A stretch of DNA of 64,000 bases, taken from assembly GCA_012295275.1 (NCBI GenBank), contig CM022679.1:28706001-28770000 (forward strand). Direction: 5' to 3'. Within the stretch, counting starts at the first letter, position 1. Each line of letters starts with the position of its first letter. The stretch is from Chrysomallon squamiferum. Lineage: Eukaryota > Animalia > Mollusca. The translations under genes were made by a program, and so were the position numbers. Of the stretch, positions 14,190 through 31,347 are shown one piece after another. The notes under the pieces were generated by a model, which saw only the letters and a list, made by a program, of their open reading frames with translations, was not told the origin of the DNA and searched no databases.

Positions 14190-14903
14190 CTTCAGTTCAC
14201 TGATGTTTAAAAATATGAGTTATCTAAGAAGTTCACTGCTGTTAGGTTTATAATTAAATATGAGTTATCTAAGACACTGCTGTTAGGTTTATAATTAAAG
14301 ACGAGTTCTCTAAGTTTACTTCAGTTCACTGCTGTTAGGTTTATAATTAAAGACGAGTTGTCTAAGTTTACTTCAGTTCACTGCTGTTAGGTTTATAATT
14401 AAATATGAGTTATCTAAGTTTACTTCAGTTCACTGCTGTTAGGTTTATAATTAAAGACGAGTTGTCTAAGTTTACTTCAGTTCACTGCTGTTAGGTTTAT
14501 AATTAAATATGAGTTGTCTAAGTTTACTTCAGTTCACTGCTGTTAGGTTTATAATTAAATATGAGTTGTCTAAGTTTACTTCAGTTCACTGCTGTTAGGT
14601 TTATAATTAAATATGTTCACTGCTGTAATTAAAGACGGTTTAGGTTTATAATTAAATATGAGTTGTCTAAGTTTACTTCAGTTCACTGCTGTTAGGTTTA
14701 TAATTAAATATGAGTTGTCTAAGTTTACTTCAGTTCACTGCTGTTAGGTTTATAATTAAAGACGAGTTGTCTAAGTTTACTTCAGTTCACTGCTGTTAGG
14801 TTTATAATTAAATATGAGTTGTCTAAGTTTACTTCAGTTCACTGCTGTTAGGTTTATAATTAAAGACGAGTTGTCTAAGTTTACTTCAGTTCACTGCTGT
14901 TAG
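14190..14903. repeat. 52-bp minisatellite, about 13 copies
   Basis: Unit gttgtctaagtttacttcagttcactgctgttaggtttataattaaatatga, with aaagacga/aaatatga variants; starts at 14461 and 14513 give the period. Confidence 0.92.
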
Positions 14904-15188
14904 AGAAATTTCCTAAAACAGTAAACATAAAATACGTTGTTTTAAACTAAACTAATTTTCTATAAATTAATTAACAGATCAGCAAGCAATTTATCCATCT
15001 ATTATTCTTTCCATGTATCTGATTTATTACAGTAATAAAGTATTCAAACGTCAATTTATTTGATTCCTTTCCTCAGTTTTTGAATTAAGAAATTTACATA
15101 TTACAGACATAAATACACAGACATATATACAAATACACAAACATGCACATATATACACACAGATAGCCACATATATTCATGCACACAT

Positions 15189-15262
15189 CCGAGGAGACTC
15201 GAACGTACGACACCTGACCGCCCGCGCTCAGTAGGCAGACGACGATATCACGCAGACATCAG
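15189..15262 (-). mobile_element. Probable tRNA-derived SINE head fragment
   Basis: GC-rich island; the minus strand contains a Pol III B-box GTTCGAGTC after a tRNA-like stretch (cgtctgcctactgagcg). A-box is degenerate. Confidence 0.45.
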
Positions 15263-16317
15263 AATTGTCACGTGTACGTTGAATATTAAAATTAATTTAC
15301 GTCTTTGTTGAGAATGAAAGGAATCATATGTAAAGAACGTCACTAACAAATAAATAAAAATACAAAACCAAATATTTTTCATAAAAGCTTTAATAAGTCA
15401 ACAGAAGACAAACACATTGTAGTATAACAAACAGGGAAACGTTCAGAATACTGATAACATAGTAAGTGAAATTAGCTGTCAGATCGTCAGTAAAGAATCA
15501 GTCTATGACTAATTAAACCTAAGCAAAGTGAGAAGAAAGGTAACTGGTGCATTGATTTTACACATACTGAATCGAAGAAATCATCATCAAATGAAATACT
15601 GAATATGAATGCAGATAAATATAAAAAGTAAAATTAAGTATACGCATACATTAAAATGCAGAAAAGTACAAGAAGTAAAATTAAATAAACGTACAATTAA
15701 AAAGAAGATTAAAAACAGCCCACTTGTTAACATGCTTGCGTTCATGTGAGGACACAATGTGTATGACTGTGTGAGTCCACATATGACTGCGAGTATTAGT
15801 TTGAGTATTTGTCAGTGTTAGTCTCTGTTTCTACGTGTATATCTCAATTTCCATATGTGTGTCTCAGTTTCTATGTGTTTTTTAGTATGTGTCTATACAT
15901 TAGTGTGCATGTTTGTGCTTTTATGAGTGTGAATCTGTCTGTTTTTGTGTCTTTCTGATGTTTATGCTACAAGGATAAAATAATGTTTCACATGTTTTAA
16001 AATATTTGTTATCTGACAACAGGAACGCTAGAAAACAATCTGTTAATTAAACATAGAATCATATTATGATGACTGGATTTATAAATAGTATTATTACAGT
16101 GATATATCAAAACATGTTAAATATTAGACTGAAGCCACTTACCAATGAAAACAAGGGCTTGACAAGACAACTAGTAGCATTCCGTGCACTCGGGTGTCTT
16201 AATTTACATAATTTTAATAAAAATTATGTACCTATATATATATATATAACACCAACCTCTTTATGATTTTATCATTAGCTGTAACATTTACCTCATGTTA
16301 ATTTTCATTCGTTCATT

Positions 16318-19312
<2,995 letters not shown>

Positions 19313-21714
19313 GAATGTCGTTAATAGAGCTAGTACTATATAACAGAGTTAGTATTAAATAAGAGCGTTGTTTTCCAGTCGCTCTGAGCTGCAAACTGAA
19401 CAATATTTTAGTATTTCACGTTTTTCTACGCAAACGTGTCCTATGAATTAACCAGGTTAATTATTTATAAGTTATTTAGCACTTTTCCATACAAAAACAT
19501 GAATATGATACTTCAGTTTCACTTCCTAAAGAAAAGAATTAATGAAACGTTGATTAATTTGAAGCGAGTTGTCTGTCTCTACGATTGATTTCTGCATGTG
19601 TATTTGCATCCGAAGTATGATTCATTTAATCAATGTTGAAAAGGTGATAAAAGTTGGATTACCGAGTGTATGTTTCGTAGTTTGTTAGTATTTTTATTAT
19701 TATTTTAGTCCGCCTGTTTGTTTGTAAACTATTGTATTACACAGGAATACTTGTTATGGGCTATGAATAGCCTTTGAATATACTGAATAAAATAAAGTAA
19801 TGAAACAAAACAGTTATCTTGATCACGTAGCAAAAGCACGAAGAAGAGCTGTAGTCGTCCTAAATACATTACACATTCTAACAGCAGACCTTTAGCAGTG
19901 ATAATGATGATGATGATGATAATTATGATAATGATGATGATGATGATAATTATGATAATGATGATGACGACGGAAATGACGACACTATATAATCTACGTC
20001 TGACTAGTAGAAAGTTTTTTTAATTATTATTTATTTATTCACTTATGTTGAGCTTTCTACATTATCTACGTACAAGAAAGAAAAATAATAAGTTAATAGT
20101 TTCACAATGTGTGTGTAGTCTTATTTTACTTTTTTATTAGTAGGAGTGTTTCACACGACAGCTAATTTAATCTGTTTGAAATTGTCACCCTTCATTCACT
20201 GTGACTGAATACTATCAAACATCAAAGGTTTCGTTTTATATTGCCATAGCGTCCTTAATTTACGTAACTAGCAGTAAAATAAAACATAAATAATTGATCT
20301 AAACATTTAGTACGAACAGCTAAAATAAATAAAGACTGACCTATTTACTCTTGCACTTTTATAAGTTGCATACAATCCAAACTGACCATAGAAGAAATAA
20401 TTGTTATTAAACGTGTAAATGATGGAAAATACGTGTGTGACCCAACACATCGAAACAGGTCTTAAGTCTCAAAACCGTCAAACGTGGAGTAATAAAAATA
20501 AAATGTTTCATTCTGAATTTTGCTAACGATGTCTGTATGTATGGATGTGAGTATGTCTGTGTATGCATATGCATATAGAAGTTGTAATTACAATCCATAT
20601 GTATATATTCATATGTATAAACCTTTTGATTTGAAATACCTGAAACAACAACAGTAAGAAGAAGAAAAAGAAATCAAAAAATGAAATAGTAATAGGTAAC
20701 AAAATCAGACTGATTTCAGTAGATTTAAAAAGTCGTTAGCATGCATTACATTAGCGTACACATATTTAATAATATAGACATACATGTATTTATGGATGTA
20801 TGAATGAAGGTACGTACGTATATGTATGAGTATTCCTATGTATGTTTCAGTGTATGTGTGTACGTGTGCGTCTGTGTGGTTGTGTGGTGTTTATGTGTTT
20901 TTAGTTTCCTTCAGGTGAATCACGTAGTCATAGCTGTGAAGAAAACAAAGTACAGACACTGTGGTAGCATCACGTAATGGTGTCGTGTTCAGATTTCTGT
21001 ATTATGCAAACTGGACATACAGTAATACTGTTTTGTCTCCGATATTAACTGTAGTCCATACTTCAAAAATAATTTGAGTATTAACATTTAGCTTCAAAAT
21101 TAATATGAAGTGATATTTGTATGGATCAAAGTGTTTTTTACAGCTGTAACTCTGAAATACGTTCCAACATTATCTTTTTAAATATATTGAAAATAAATTA
21201 ATAATTCACAGGGCTTCAGCTAATAATATTACGAGATCACAAATAAATATAGAATAACGTTTCAAAACATGTATATATTACTACCGCTCTTAATAAAGGT
21301 ATTGATTAAATTAATGTTTTACATTCCTATTCAAATGACAGCGCAGAGGTTCTAGCTAAAATCCATAGACCACGCAAATGTCAATACTTGTATCTTTGTC
21401 TCTGATACATTTCATTAGATAGTAACAAATGAGTTTCTGTGTGTTTTATTTTATTATAATTTTTTGTTGTTGTTGTTGGGGTTTTTTGTTGCTTTTTGTT
21501 TGTTTGTTGTTGTTTTTTTGTTCTTTACGAGATATAAATATTTCAACATAATTCCATTTCAGAAGTTTGGTGTTTCAGTTCTTGATTTTAAACAATACTT
21601 CGATTTCTGGGAAAAATGATTAATCTTTACTTACAGAGACTCAGTTTTATCTCTGCAGGGAATACTTCAAAATGAACAGTTATTAATGGAGACAAAGCAG
21701 CTGGTCGTTTAAAA

Positions 21715-22168
21715 TCAGTGACAAGGGATTTGTTGTTACTAATCAATGAGAAGATGTTTTCAAACAAGTCTATCAAATGTATAAAACCGTTAAGACTAGA
21801 AATACAGCATGTTACAGGTTGTTAAGTTTGGAACATAAAGAGTTCTGAACAAGACGTAATTACTGTATACTATTATAATGTACAGATGTTTCTTCTTTCT
21901 CGTAGGCTTAGTTTCATACGATCACTTCCTTACTGAAACTCTTATGCGAGTTTTGCAGTAATTTTGTGTATGGTTCATGTTTTCGGTTAGAAATTACTCG
22001 CATCATATAAACTTAATCTTTGATAACATTTCTAATATATTTCATCATGTCAGTATGTGGGTTTGTTATTTCACTGTTTCTTTTTTTAAAAAATTTCTAC
22101 AAAATATTTCATATTCTCTATCTCACTCTCTCTCTCAGTCTTTCTATCACTCACTCATTTGCTCTGAT

Positions 22169-22207
<39 letters not shown>

Positions 22208-22240
22208 CTACTTATCAGCATTAAAGCTTAGTCTGCTTTG
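21715..22240 (+). pseudogene. Collapsed gene remnant: upstream element, degenerate exon 1 (ATG 21878), exon-3 tail and intron 3
   Basis: ATGTACAGATGTTTCTTC follows the conserved upstream block; ttttgtgtatggttcatgttttcggttagaaattac resembles the exon-3 end and intron-3 start. Duplicated at ~27645-28380. Confidence 0.7.
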
Positions 22241-23323
22241 AAAATGGTATATTTATCTTTAGAAAACAATTCTGAACAGATATTATAATTTTTGTTACTG
22301 AGAAAATGTATTCTCCAGTATTTTTCAGTATTTTCAGTTTTGTGTTAACGAAATCAGCGATGAGGGATTTGATTTCTAGGCAAAAAAACACCAAATAATT
22401 CATACAAACAGATAATTTTTGAATGTTAAAAATTTATAACCAAATTTTTTTTCCCCATTTTATATTTGCGTTTTGAAAGTTGTTTTTGAGAAAAACAAAG
22501 TGGGTACTTGCAACAACATATACATATTTCAACCAAATTCTGTTTTACATGCCTTATGATTCAATTGTGGTTATAAAGAAAAGTTTGTTTCTCGAAAGAA
22601 AACTAATAAACTTTATTGATTTCAAATAATATAAAAATCAGTTGAAACTAGTACTGCTATGGTAATTTAGTCAAAAAATTACAGCTAAATTAAGTGATAT
22701 AGAAAACCCTTTTTTCGTTCGTTCATTGATTAAAATGTATGACATATATGAAACTTAAAAAAAAATTAAATAAAATAAAAAATCTGGTTTTTCATTTTTA
22801 CTTTCTTTTTTGAGGAAACTTCGCTTGTATATCAGCTGAAATTCAGAACCTTCCGCTCATAATTATTTTAATAAATTCTGGTGGAAGGATTAGTCCGAAT
22901 AAATAGTTATCACTTGAATATTTGATAAATGTTGTTCTTATTTTTTGTTGTTTTTATGAATTATAATTCTTAATATAATATTGAGAGAATTTGTTTTGAT
23001 GTAAGTTACTTAATAATTTTAGTCTATGAATGTTAACGACAGAATACATTCAATTGTCTATGAATGTTTTATGTGTTAACGATAAAATAGACTGAGTTTA
23101 GAGTCTGAGTGTGAAATCTCAAGAGAATACTTCAAACATAACAGTTATTATCCGAGGCAAATAAGTGACAAGGGATTTGTTGTTTCTAATCAATGAGAAG
23201 CTTTTTTAAACAAGACTTTCAAGTGTATAAAACTTTTCACACTAGAAATACAATATGTTATAGGTTTTTCAGTTTGGAGTATACAGAGGTCTGAACAAGA
23301 CGTAATTATAGTATTCTATCACA

Positions 23324-24088
23324 ATGTACAAATACGTCTTCTTTTTCTTAGCGATTATTTTCATCACTGGTTCTGAAGATAAGAATCTTTTATTTTATTT
23401 TTTTATTTTTTTGGTTCAATCTAAATTCTATTAAATCAATATCCTCACGTTTTCTGTTTCTTTTCTGTCTTCTTTTTCGATTTTCATTCCTTCGTTTCTT
23501 GTTGTCTTTGTCATTTTCCTTCCAGTTCTTTATTTACGTTTTATAAATCCTCAATCAGTTTACATTTACTATATGTCATGAAATAAATTCTATATACAGA
23601 GATTGTATAAAACATCATAAACATTTATAATATTTCAAACAAGTATAACGGCAGTGAATGAATACTGAAAAGTTCTAAATTTCAGACGATGTGACTACAA
23701 ATATCGCTCTGATGAAACCAGCAACCGCGAGTTCTTGTGGTGGCACTCAGTATAAGGATCCGAAATTTGCAGTCGATGGCAATTTTGGGACAAACGTCGT
23801 CGCAGCCGGTTGTTTTGTTTCCGATGGTGTACAAAAGTATCCTTGGTGGCTCGTAGACTTAGAAGAATCTTACACTATCCACACAGTCGCTTTGACTAAC
23901 AGAGATGATGGTGGTAGGTTTTTTTCTATCTAATAAAGACAAAACAATAATCAGACAGCATAACATTATTTTGATATTTTTCATCATAATCATTTTTGAT
24001 AAAAAAAATATATTCTCATTTTCCAGTTTGGATTCGTTTGCTGCATTTATTATTGTTGTTGTTGATGTCCTTGTTTTTGTTATTATTA

Positions 24089-24167
<79 letters not shown>

Positions 24168-24843
24168 AAATCATGATTATTCAGTTATTTATTTAAAACA
24201 CTTATCTAAAAGTTTCTTTAAATTATTAGCCATGCTTGACAAATTTGTCTGTTTGTACTTAAATTATTTATTCATTCATTCATTCATTCATTCATTCATT
24301 TATTCATTTATCTATCTATCGATCTATTTAAAATGTCTATATTGATTTTATTTTTTATTTTTGTTTTACAGCAGATAATCTTCATTATTTCGTCATTGAA
24401 ATATCTGAGAAGAACCCAAGTAAATGTTTGTCAGAAAAACTTACTGTGTGTTACAACAACACTGGACCGGCGATAGGACTGTCAGAAACCAGGAACTTCA
24501 CTTGTGAGAAACCAACTCGAGGTCGATTTGTAAGAATTAGAAATTGGAAAGCTGCTATATATCTGACCTTGTGCGAGGTTCAGGTTTTCGGCGAAGGAGA
24601 CAATGGTGAGAAGTTACTTGCATCACATAAACTTTATTTTTGATAACCTTTCTAATATATTTTATCTTTTTGTTATTTTAACTTTTCTTCAAAAATTATC
24701 ATTTTTCTCTCTTTCTATCTCTCTGTTTCTCTATTTATCTCTCTATCTACCTCCCTATCTATGTATCTATCTATATATTTATATAAATGTGGCTGTATTT
24801 ATGTAAATATATGTACCTTTTATCTATCTGTATATGTATATGG

Positions 24844-24906
<63 letters not shown>

Positions 24907-25267
24907 CCTATCTATCTATCTATCTATCTATATATAATATCCATCCATATATATATATATATCAATCTATCTGTATCTGCGATTATCTCTTTTGTATAAT
25001 ATGACATTAGAATTCATTTATTTTTTAATTATTTTAGTTTGTGAAAATCCAAGACGGTTTAACAGGGTCAAACAGACACGAATGATTTCTGATAATTCTG
25101 AGATATCGACCATGCCCATCACGAAATGTCCTTTGATGTGTATCAAGAATGTCAAATGTCTGGCTTTCAACTTCAACACCAAAACTGAACAATGTGAACT
25201 CATTTTTCTCACAGGAGATACCAACGTAAATACTGACTGGGATTATTACGGAAATGATTCGTGCTAA
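23324..25267 (+). pseudogene. Gene D: F-type lectin + PAN with open exons but intron-1 donor mutated GT>AT; exons 23324-23378, 23686-23913, 24372-24605, 25038-25267
   Basis: TCTGAAG|ataag at 23379 versus TCTGAAG|gtaag in paralogs. Exons 2-4 are open; exon 2 is nearly identical to gene A; exon 4 is 9 nt shorter. Could be functional through a cryptic donor. Confidence 0.75.
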
Positions 25268-25317
25268 ATGAGAAAGAAAGACAAATATTTTCGTGAATAC
25301 ATATACGTAGCGCACTT

Positions 25318-25517
25318 AATAACAAATTAATATTTTCTATTTAATAACAAATTAATATTTTCTATTTAATAACAAATTAATATTTTCTATTTAATAGCAA
25401 ATTAATATTTTCTATTTAATAACAAATTAATATTTTCTATTTAATAACAAATTAATATTTTCTATTTAATAGCAAATTAATATTTTCTATTTAATAACAA
25501 ATTAATATTTTCTATTT
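25318..25517. repeat. 25-bp AT-rich minisatellite (8 copies) downstream of the gene D stop
   Basis: Unit aataacaaattaatattttctattt. Confidence 0.92.
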
Positions 25518-26492
25518 TTACGGATATTGTATCATCAAATGACGGAGATAAGTTTAGAGATAAAGATGGAACGATGTTACATTTATACTAAAGAAAGTTA
25601 ACACGGCCAAAAATGAAAGGGTCCACATAATGAAATTCTGAATTTTCTCTATGACAACACAGTTAATATTAACAACACACAACAGATCGCTTGAAAATCT
25701 TTAAGTGAACAATTCGATTTATCACAGTTACATTTTATCTACAAACATTATAAATAATTCCAATGTTCCTGTACAAAATTATCTAAAGAAAAATGAACCT
25801 AACTTCTATGCACACGTAGACAAACACAGCTACACACATTCACATATACATACACACACTATTAAGATAGACACACAAAATTTACTTACAGACATATGAA
25901 TGTTCAGTCATACTACTGCACAGAAGCACATACTTACATACCTATCCTCACATGCAAGCATGTACAAAACCTCACACACAAATATAACTATATACATTCA
26001 TGTACACACTCATATGTACATCCAAGCATACGGATATAAATAAAAGCATACATGCATACATACATACATACATACTTAAATATATACACATACATACATA
26101 TAAAGACACATATATACATACATATTTGCATACTTGACATTTGAACTCAGATAAACACAGAAATATATACAGAGGTAAATATATTTATTTATAGACCTGT
26201 CTCAGTCCACGCATTATAAGTATTGATATTATTTTTAATTAGAAGTTTGTTACAAGTCACAATGTTTTCTTTACTAACTTTTAGTCATTTCCATTTACTC
26301 TAGAATACTAATTATAATGTTCTGTGTCCGACTCTACACCTGTTTGTTTCTATTATCTAAATTTTCTGTTTATTATTATTGTTGTTTTTGCTTTTTTATT
26401 ATTACTTTTAGTAGTAGTAGAAGCATCATTAGTATTTGTAGTATTATATTGTTATTCTTCTTCTTGTTACCATTATTATTTATTAATATTAA

Positions 26493-26538
<46 letters not shown>

Positions 26539-26803
26539 TTCATCATCATCATAATTTTTAAAATTCGATTTTAATTACAAATTTCGTATATATGTATTTA
26601 AATTATTACATATCTGATGTTTATATTATTATATATTCGTTACCAACTTACTTTTTTATATTACAATATTTTTGTTATCAACATAGTTTAATCTTCAATA
26701 CATTTATTGCCAACATACTTTATGTTTGAGAACGCTTATTATCAACACAGTTCATCACAATTATAAAAGTATTTTAAATTTCGGTACATTTATTATAAAC
26801 CTG

Positions 26804-26848
<45 letters not shown>

Positions 26849-27849
26849 TGTCAATACAGTTTACACTCTAAACGTTTATTATGAACATAGTTTTGAGATT
26901 AACAACATAGTTTATAATTTAATACTTTTATTATCGATATAGTTTATACTTTAATGTTTTCATTATCGACAAAATTCATAATTTAATACTTTTATCAACA
27001 TACTAAATAATTTAATACATACATACATGCATATAAACATACATACATACAGATAAACAGTCATATATACATACCTATATATATATACATACATACATAC
27101 ATACATACATACATACATACATACATACATACATACATACATGCATACGTACATACATACATGCATACGTACATACATACAAGCATACCTATGTAAATAT
27201 AACATGATGAATATACATATATATATATATATATATACACACACATACACACACGCATATACACACACACATACACACACAGACAGACACACATACATAT
27301 ATATATATATTTGCAGACATTATTGTTGTTGATATTATATTTAAGGACGTGTATGTTACATGTTACAGATTTTTTCTTTACTCTACAATATTAATATCAT
27401 AGCTGTGTATCTGACTTTATATCTACTTGTTGCTATTTGCTAAAATATTTTATTTATTGTTATCGTTTTCATTATTATGGTTACCGTTGTTGTTGAATAG
27501 TTGTTGTTGTTGTTTTTATTTTCACATTGTTGTTGTTATTTTACTATCATCATTAAAGCACATTCTATTTAAAAACAACTAATATTCTGGGGCGGTGTTT
27601 GTTGTTGTTGTTGTTTTTTTTTTTTTTTTTTTTTTTCTTTACGAGATACAAATTTGCATCAAGATATAAATATTTCAACATAATTACGTTTCAGAAGTTT
27701 GGTGTTTCAGTTCTTGATTATAAACAATACTTCGATTTCTGGGACAAAATGATTAATCTTTACTTACAGAGACTCAGTTTTATCTCTGCAGGGAATACTT
27801 CAAAATGAACAGTTATTAATGGAGACAAAGCAGCTGGTCGTTTAAAATC

Positions 27850-28311
27850 AGTGACAAGGGATTTGTTGTTACTAATCAATGAGAAGATGTTTTCAAACAA
27901 GTCTATCAAATGTATAAAACCGTTAAGACTAGAAATACAGCATGTTACAGGTTGTTAAGTTTGGAACATACAGAGTTCTGAACAAGACGTAATTACTGTA
28001 TACTATTATAATGTACAGATGTTTCTTCTTTCTCGTAGGCTTAGTTTCATACGATCACTTCCTTACGGAAACTCTTATGCGAGTTTTGCAGTAATTTTGT
28101 GTATGGTTCATGTTTTCGGTTAGAAATTACTTGCATCATATAAACTTAATCTTTGATAACATTTCTAATATATTTCATCATGTCAGTATGTGGGTTTGTT
28201 ATTTCACTGTTTCTTTTTTTAAACATTTTCTACCAAAACTTTTCTATTCTCTGTCTCACTCTCTCTTTCTCTCTCTCTCAGTCTTTCTATCACTCACTCA
28301 TTTGCTCTGAT

Positions 28312-28344
<33 letters not shown>

Positions 28345-28611
28345 CTACTTATCAGCATTAAAGCTTAGTCTGCTTTGAAATTATTTCAGTTTGTGAAAAT
28401 CCAAGTCGATTTCCCAGGGTCAAACAAACACGACTGATTTCTGATAATTCTGATATATCGACCACACCCCTCGTGAAATGTCCTTTGATGGGCATCAAGT
28501 GTCAACTTCGACACTGATAAAGAACAATATGAACTCATCTTTCACCCATGGTTTGCCAAGAAAGTTGAGAAACATTCTGAATGGTATTACTATGGTAATG
28601 ACTTATGCTAA
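27850..28611 (+). pseudogene. Collapsed gene remnant: degenerate exon 1 (ATG 28011), exon-3 tail and frameshifted PAN exon 4 (28390-28611)
   Basis: CENPSRFPRVKQTRLISDNSDISTTPLVKCPLMGIK, then a deletion and stop; the 3' end still reads YYGNDLC*. Confidence 0.85.
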
Positions 28612-29553
28612 ATGGAACGATTAGAAATTTCTTCAATAATCATAAGAAACACGGAAAAGTGTGGAAAAAATGAAATCATTAATTAAATCATCTTCGTGCA
28701 ACCTTTTCTTCTGAACATCAGACTTTAACACTATTTCTAATCTTATCTTAGAAAATTAAAACAGAATTATCATAAATTATTCTTAATTAAAGAACATAGT
28801 AGTACTGATTGATTTGAAATTTGATTGTTTGTCTTGTTTTAGCTGCAGATAAAATCTGCATTCTGCAATGACGTGTTTTCCTTGTTGAATGGATTCTAAG
28901 ATAAAATGGTAGATTTATAATTCGAAAGCTTTCGTTTAAAAATGATTGCACTCCAATTCTTAACAGCTATTATAATTTTTATGACTAAGGAAATGTATTC
29001 TCCAGTACTTTCCAGTCTCCTAAATTTTTTGTTAACGATAAAATCATTGACAAGGGATTTGTTTTAAGCCAAAGAAAAGAACCAGATAACACACAGATGA
29101 CAGATAATTTTTTGTTGTGAAAAATGTAGAAGAATATGTTGTTGTTTTTTTCTTTGATTTATTGTTGTTGTTATTGTTTGTTTTTTTCGTTTCGAAAGTT
29201 GTTTTCGAGTAAAACAAAGTGTGTACTTGCAACAACATATAAATAATTAAATATAATTCTATTTTCGATGACTCGTCATTCAGTTGCTGGTTATAAACAA
29301 CAGCTTGATTATTGAAAGAATAACAAATAACAAATTTAATCGATTTCAGATAAAGCAAAAATCAATTGCATATAGTACTGCTATGGTAATTTATTCAAAT
29401 AATTAATGACGGATTTTATCAATGATAAAATGTTTCCAAACAAGTCATTCAAGCGTAGAAAACCTTTAACACCAGAACTACAACATGTTATAGGTTATTC
29501 AGTTTGGACTATACAGAGATCTGAACAAGACGTAATTATAGTGTTCTTCTACA

Positions 29554-31347
29554 ATGTACAAATACTTCATCTTTTTCTTAGCGACCCTTCTCATGACTTG
29601 TTCTGAAGGTAAGAAGCTTTTTTATTTATTTATTTATTTATTTATTTTTTTTTTTGTATCGGTCTAAATTCGACTAAATCAAAATCCTCACGTTTTCTGT
29701 TTCTTTTCTGTCTTCGTTTTGAATTTTCTTTCCTTCGTTTCTTGTTGTCTTTGTCATTTTCCTACCAGTTCTTTATTTACGTTTTAAATCCTCAGTCAGT
29801 TAACATTTATTATATTGCCATGAGAAATTCTATATACTGAGTTTGTGACAATATATCATAAACAGTTTTAATATTGCAAACAGTTATAATGGCAGTGAAT
29901 GAATACTGAAAAGTTTTAATTTTCAGACGAAACGACTACAAATGTCGCTCTCAAGAAACCAGTGTTCTCGAGTTCTGTTGTGAATAGTCCGTTTGCTGTT
30001 CCGGAACATGCAGTAGATGGTAATTTGGGGACAATTTACGGGAGAAACGGTTGTTTTATTTCCATCAGCAAAGACAAGAACCCTTGGTGGCTCGTAGATT
30101 TAGAAGAATCTTACATTATCCACACAGTGGCTTTGACCAACAGAGATCGTCTGCGTAAGTCTTTTTATATCTAATATTGACAAAAAATGATGAAACAGTA
30201 TCGCATTCTTTTGATATTCTTCATCATTATCACTTTTAATATAATTTTCATTATCATTATTTTTCCAGTTTTATTTCTTGGATTCATTTATCATTATTAT
30301 TGCCGTTATTGTTATGGTTATTGCTGCTGTTGCTATCATTATTAATATTATTATTATAGTTGTTGTTGTTGTTGTTGCTTTTACAAATGATGGTTATCAG
30401 ATATTTCTTTACCACACATACAAAGAGTTTATTTTAAACTGTTCGCCGTTTTTAACATCTAAATCTTTCTATTTGTTCTGAAACTATTTATTTATTTACT
30501 TTTCGGTGTGTCTGTCTAACTATTTAACTATATATCTGCCCACCTATCTATCTATCTATCTATCTAACTAACTATCTATCTGTCTAGGTGTCTATCTCTC
30601 TATCTGTCTATCTATTTATAATTTGTATACTGATTCTTTTTACAGCAGAGCATCTTCATTATTTTGTCATTGAAATATCTGAGAAGAACCCATATAAATG
30701 TTTATCAGAAAAACTTACTGTGTGTTACAAGAACACTGGATCGGCGCTAAATATATCAGAAACCAGGAACATCACTTGTGACAGACCAGCTCGAGGTCGA
30801 TTTGTAAAAATTAGAAATTGGAAACCAGTTGCTTCTTTGACATTGTGCGAGGTTCAGATTTTTGGCGAACGAGTCAACGGTTAGAAGTTAATTACATTAT
30901 TATAAACTTTATTCTTAATAAATTGTCTATATATTTTTATCATATCAGTTTTCTACTTTAATATTTTCTCTTATCAAAACATTAACATTCTATCTCTCTA
31001 TCTATCTATATAGATAGATAGATATCAACCTGTCTATGTAGATATGCATCTCTCTCTCTTTTTCATAATATGACAACATTAAAATCATTTATTTCTAACT
31101 TATTTCAGTTTGTGAAAATCCACGTCGGTTTCCCAGGGTCAAACAGACACGACTGATTTCTAATAATTCTGAAATATCGAACACGCCCATCGTGAAATGT
31201 CCTTTGATGTGTATCAAGAATGTGAAATGTCTGGCTTTCAACTTCAACACTCAAACTGAACAGTGTGAACTCATCTTTCATCCACGGTTTGCCTTGAACA
31301 TTCAGAAAGATTCCCAGTGGGACTACTACGGATCTGACTTGTGCTGA
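29554..31347 (+). CDS. Gene E: secreted F-type lectin + PAN/apple protein, 251 aa; exons 29554-29608, 29927-30154, 30646-30879, 31109-31347
   Basis: Open spliced frame (55+228+234+239 nt), GT-AG. MYKYFIFFLATLLMTCSE; NVALKKPV, HAVDGN, PWWLVDL, GRFVKI, LTLCEVQIFG; ends YYGSDLC*. Confidence 0.9.

Noticed and set aside
14190-14903. CRISPR-like regular array
   Set aside because: Units are head-to-tail with no unique spacers, there are no cas genes, and the context is eukaryotic.
15189-15262. Functional tRNA gene
   Set aside because: A B-box is present, but I could not fold a cloverleaf or find a proper A-box; treated as a SINE fragment.
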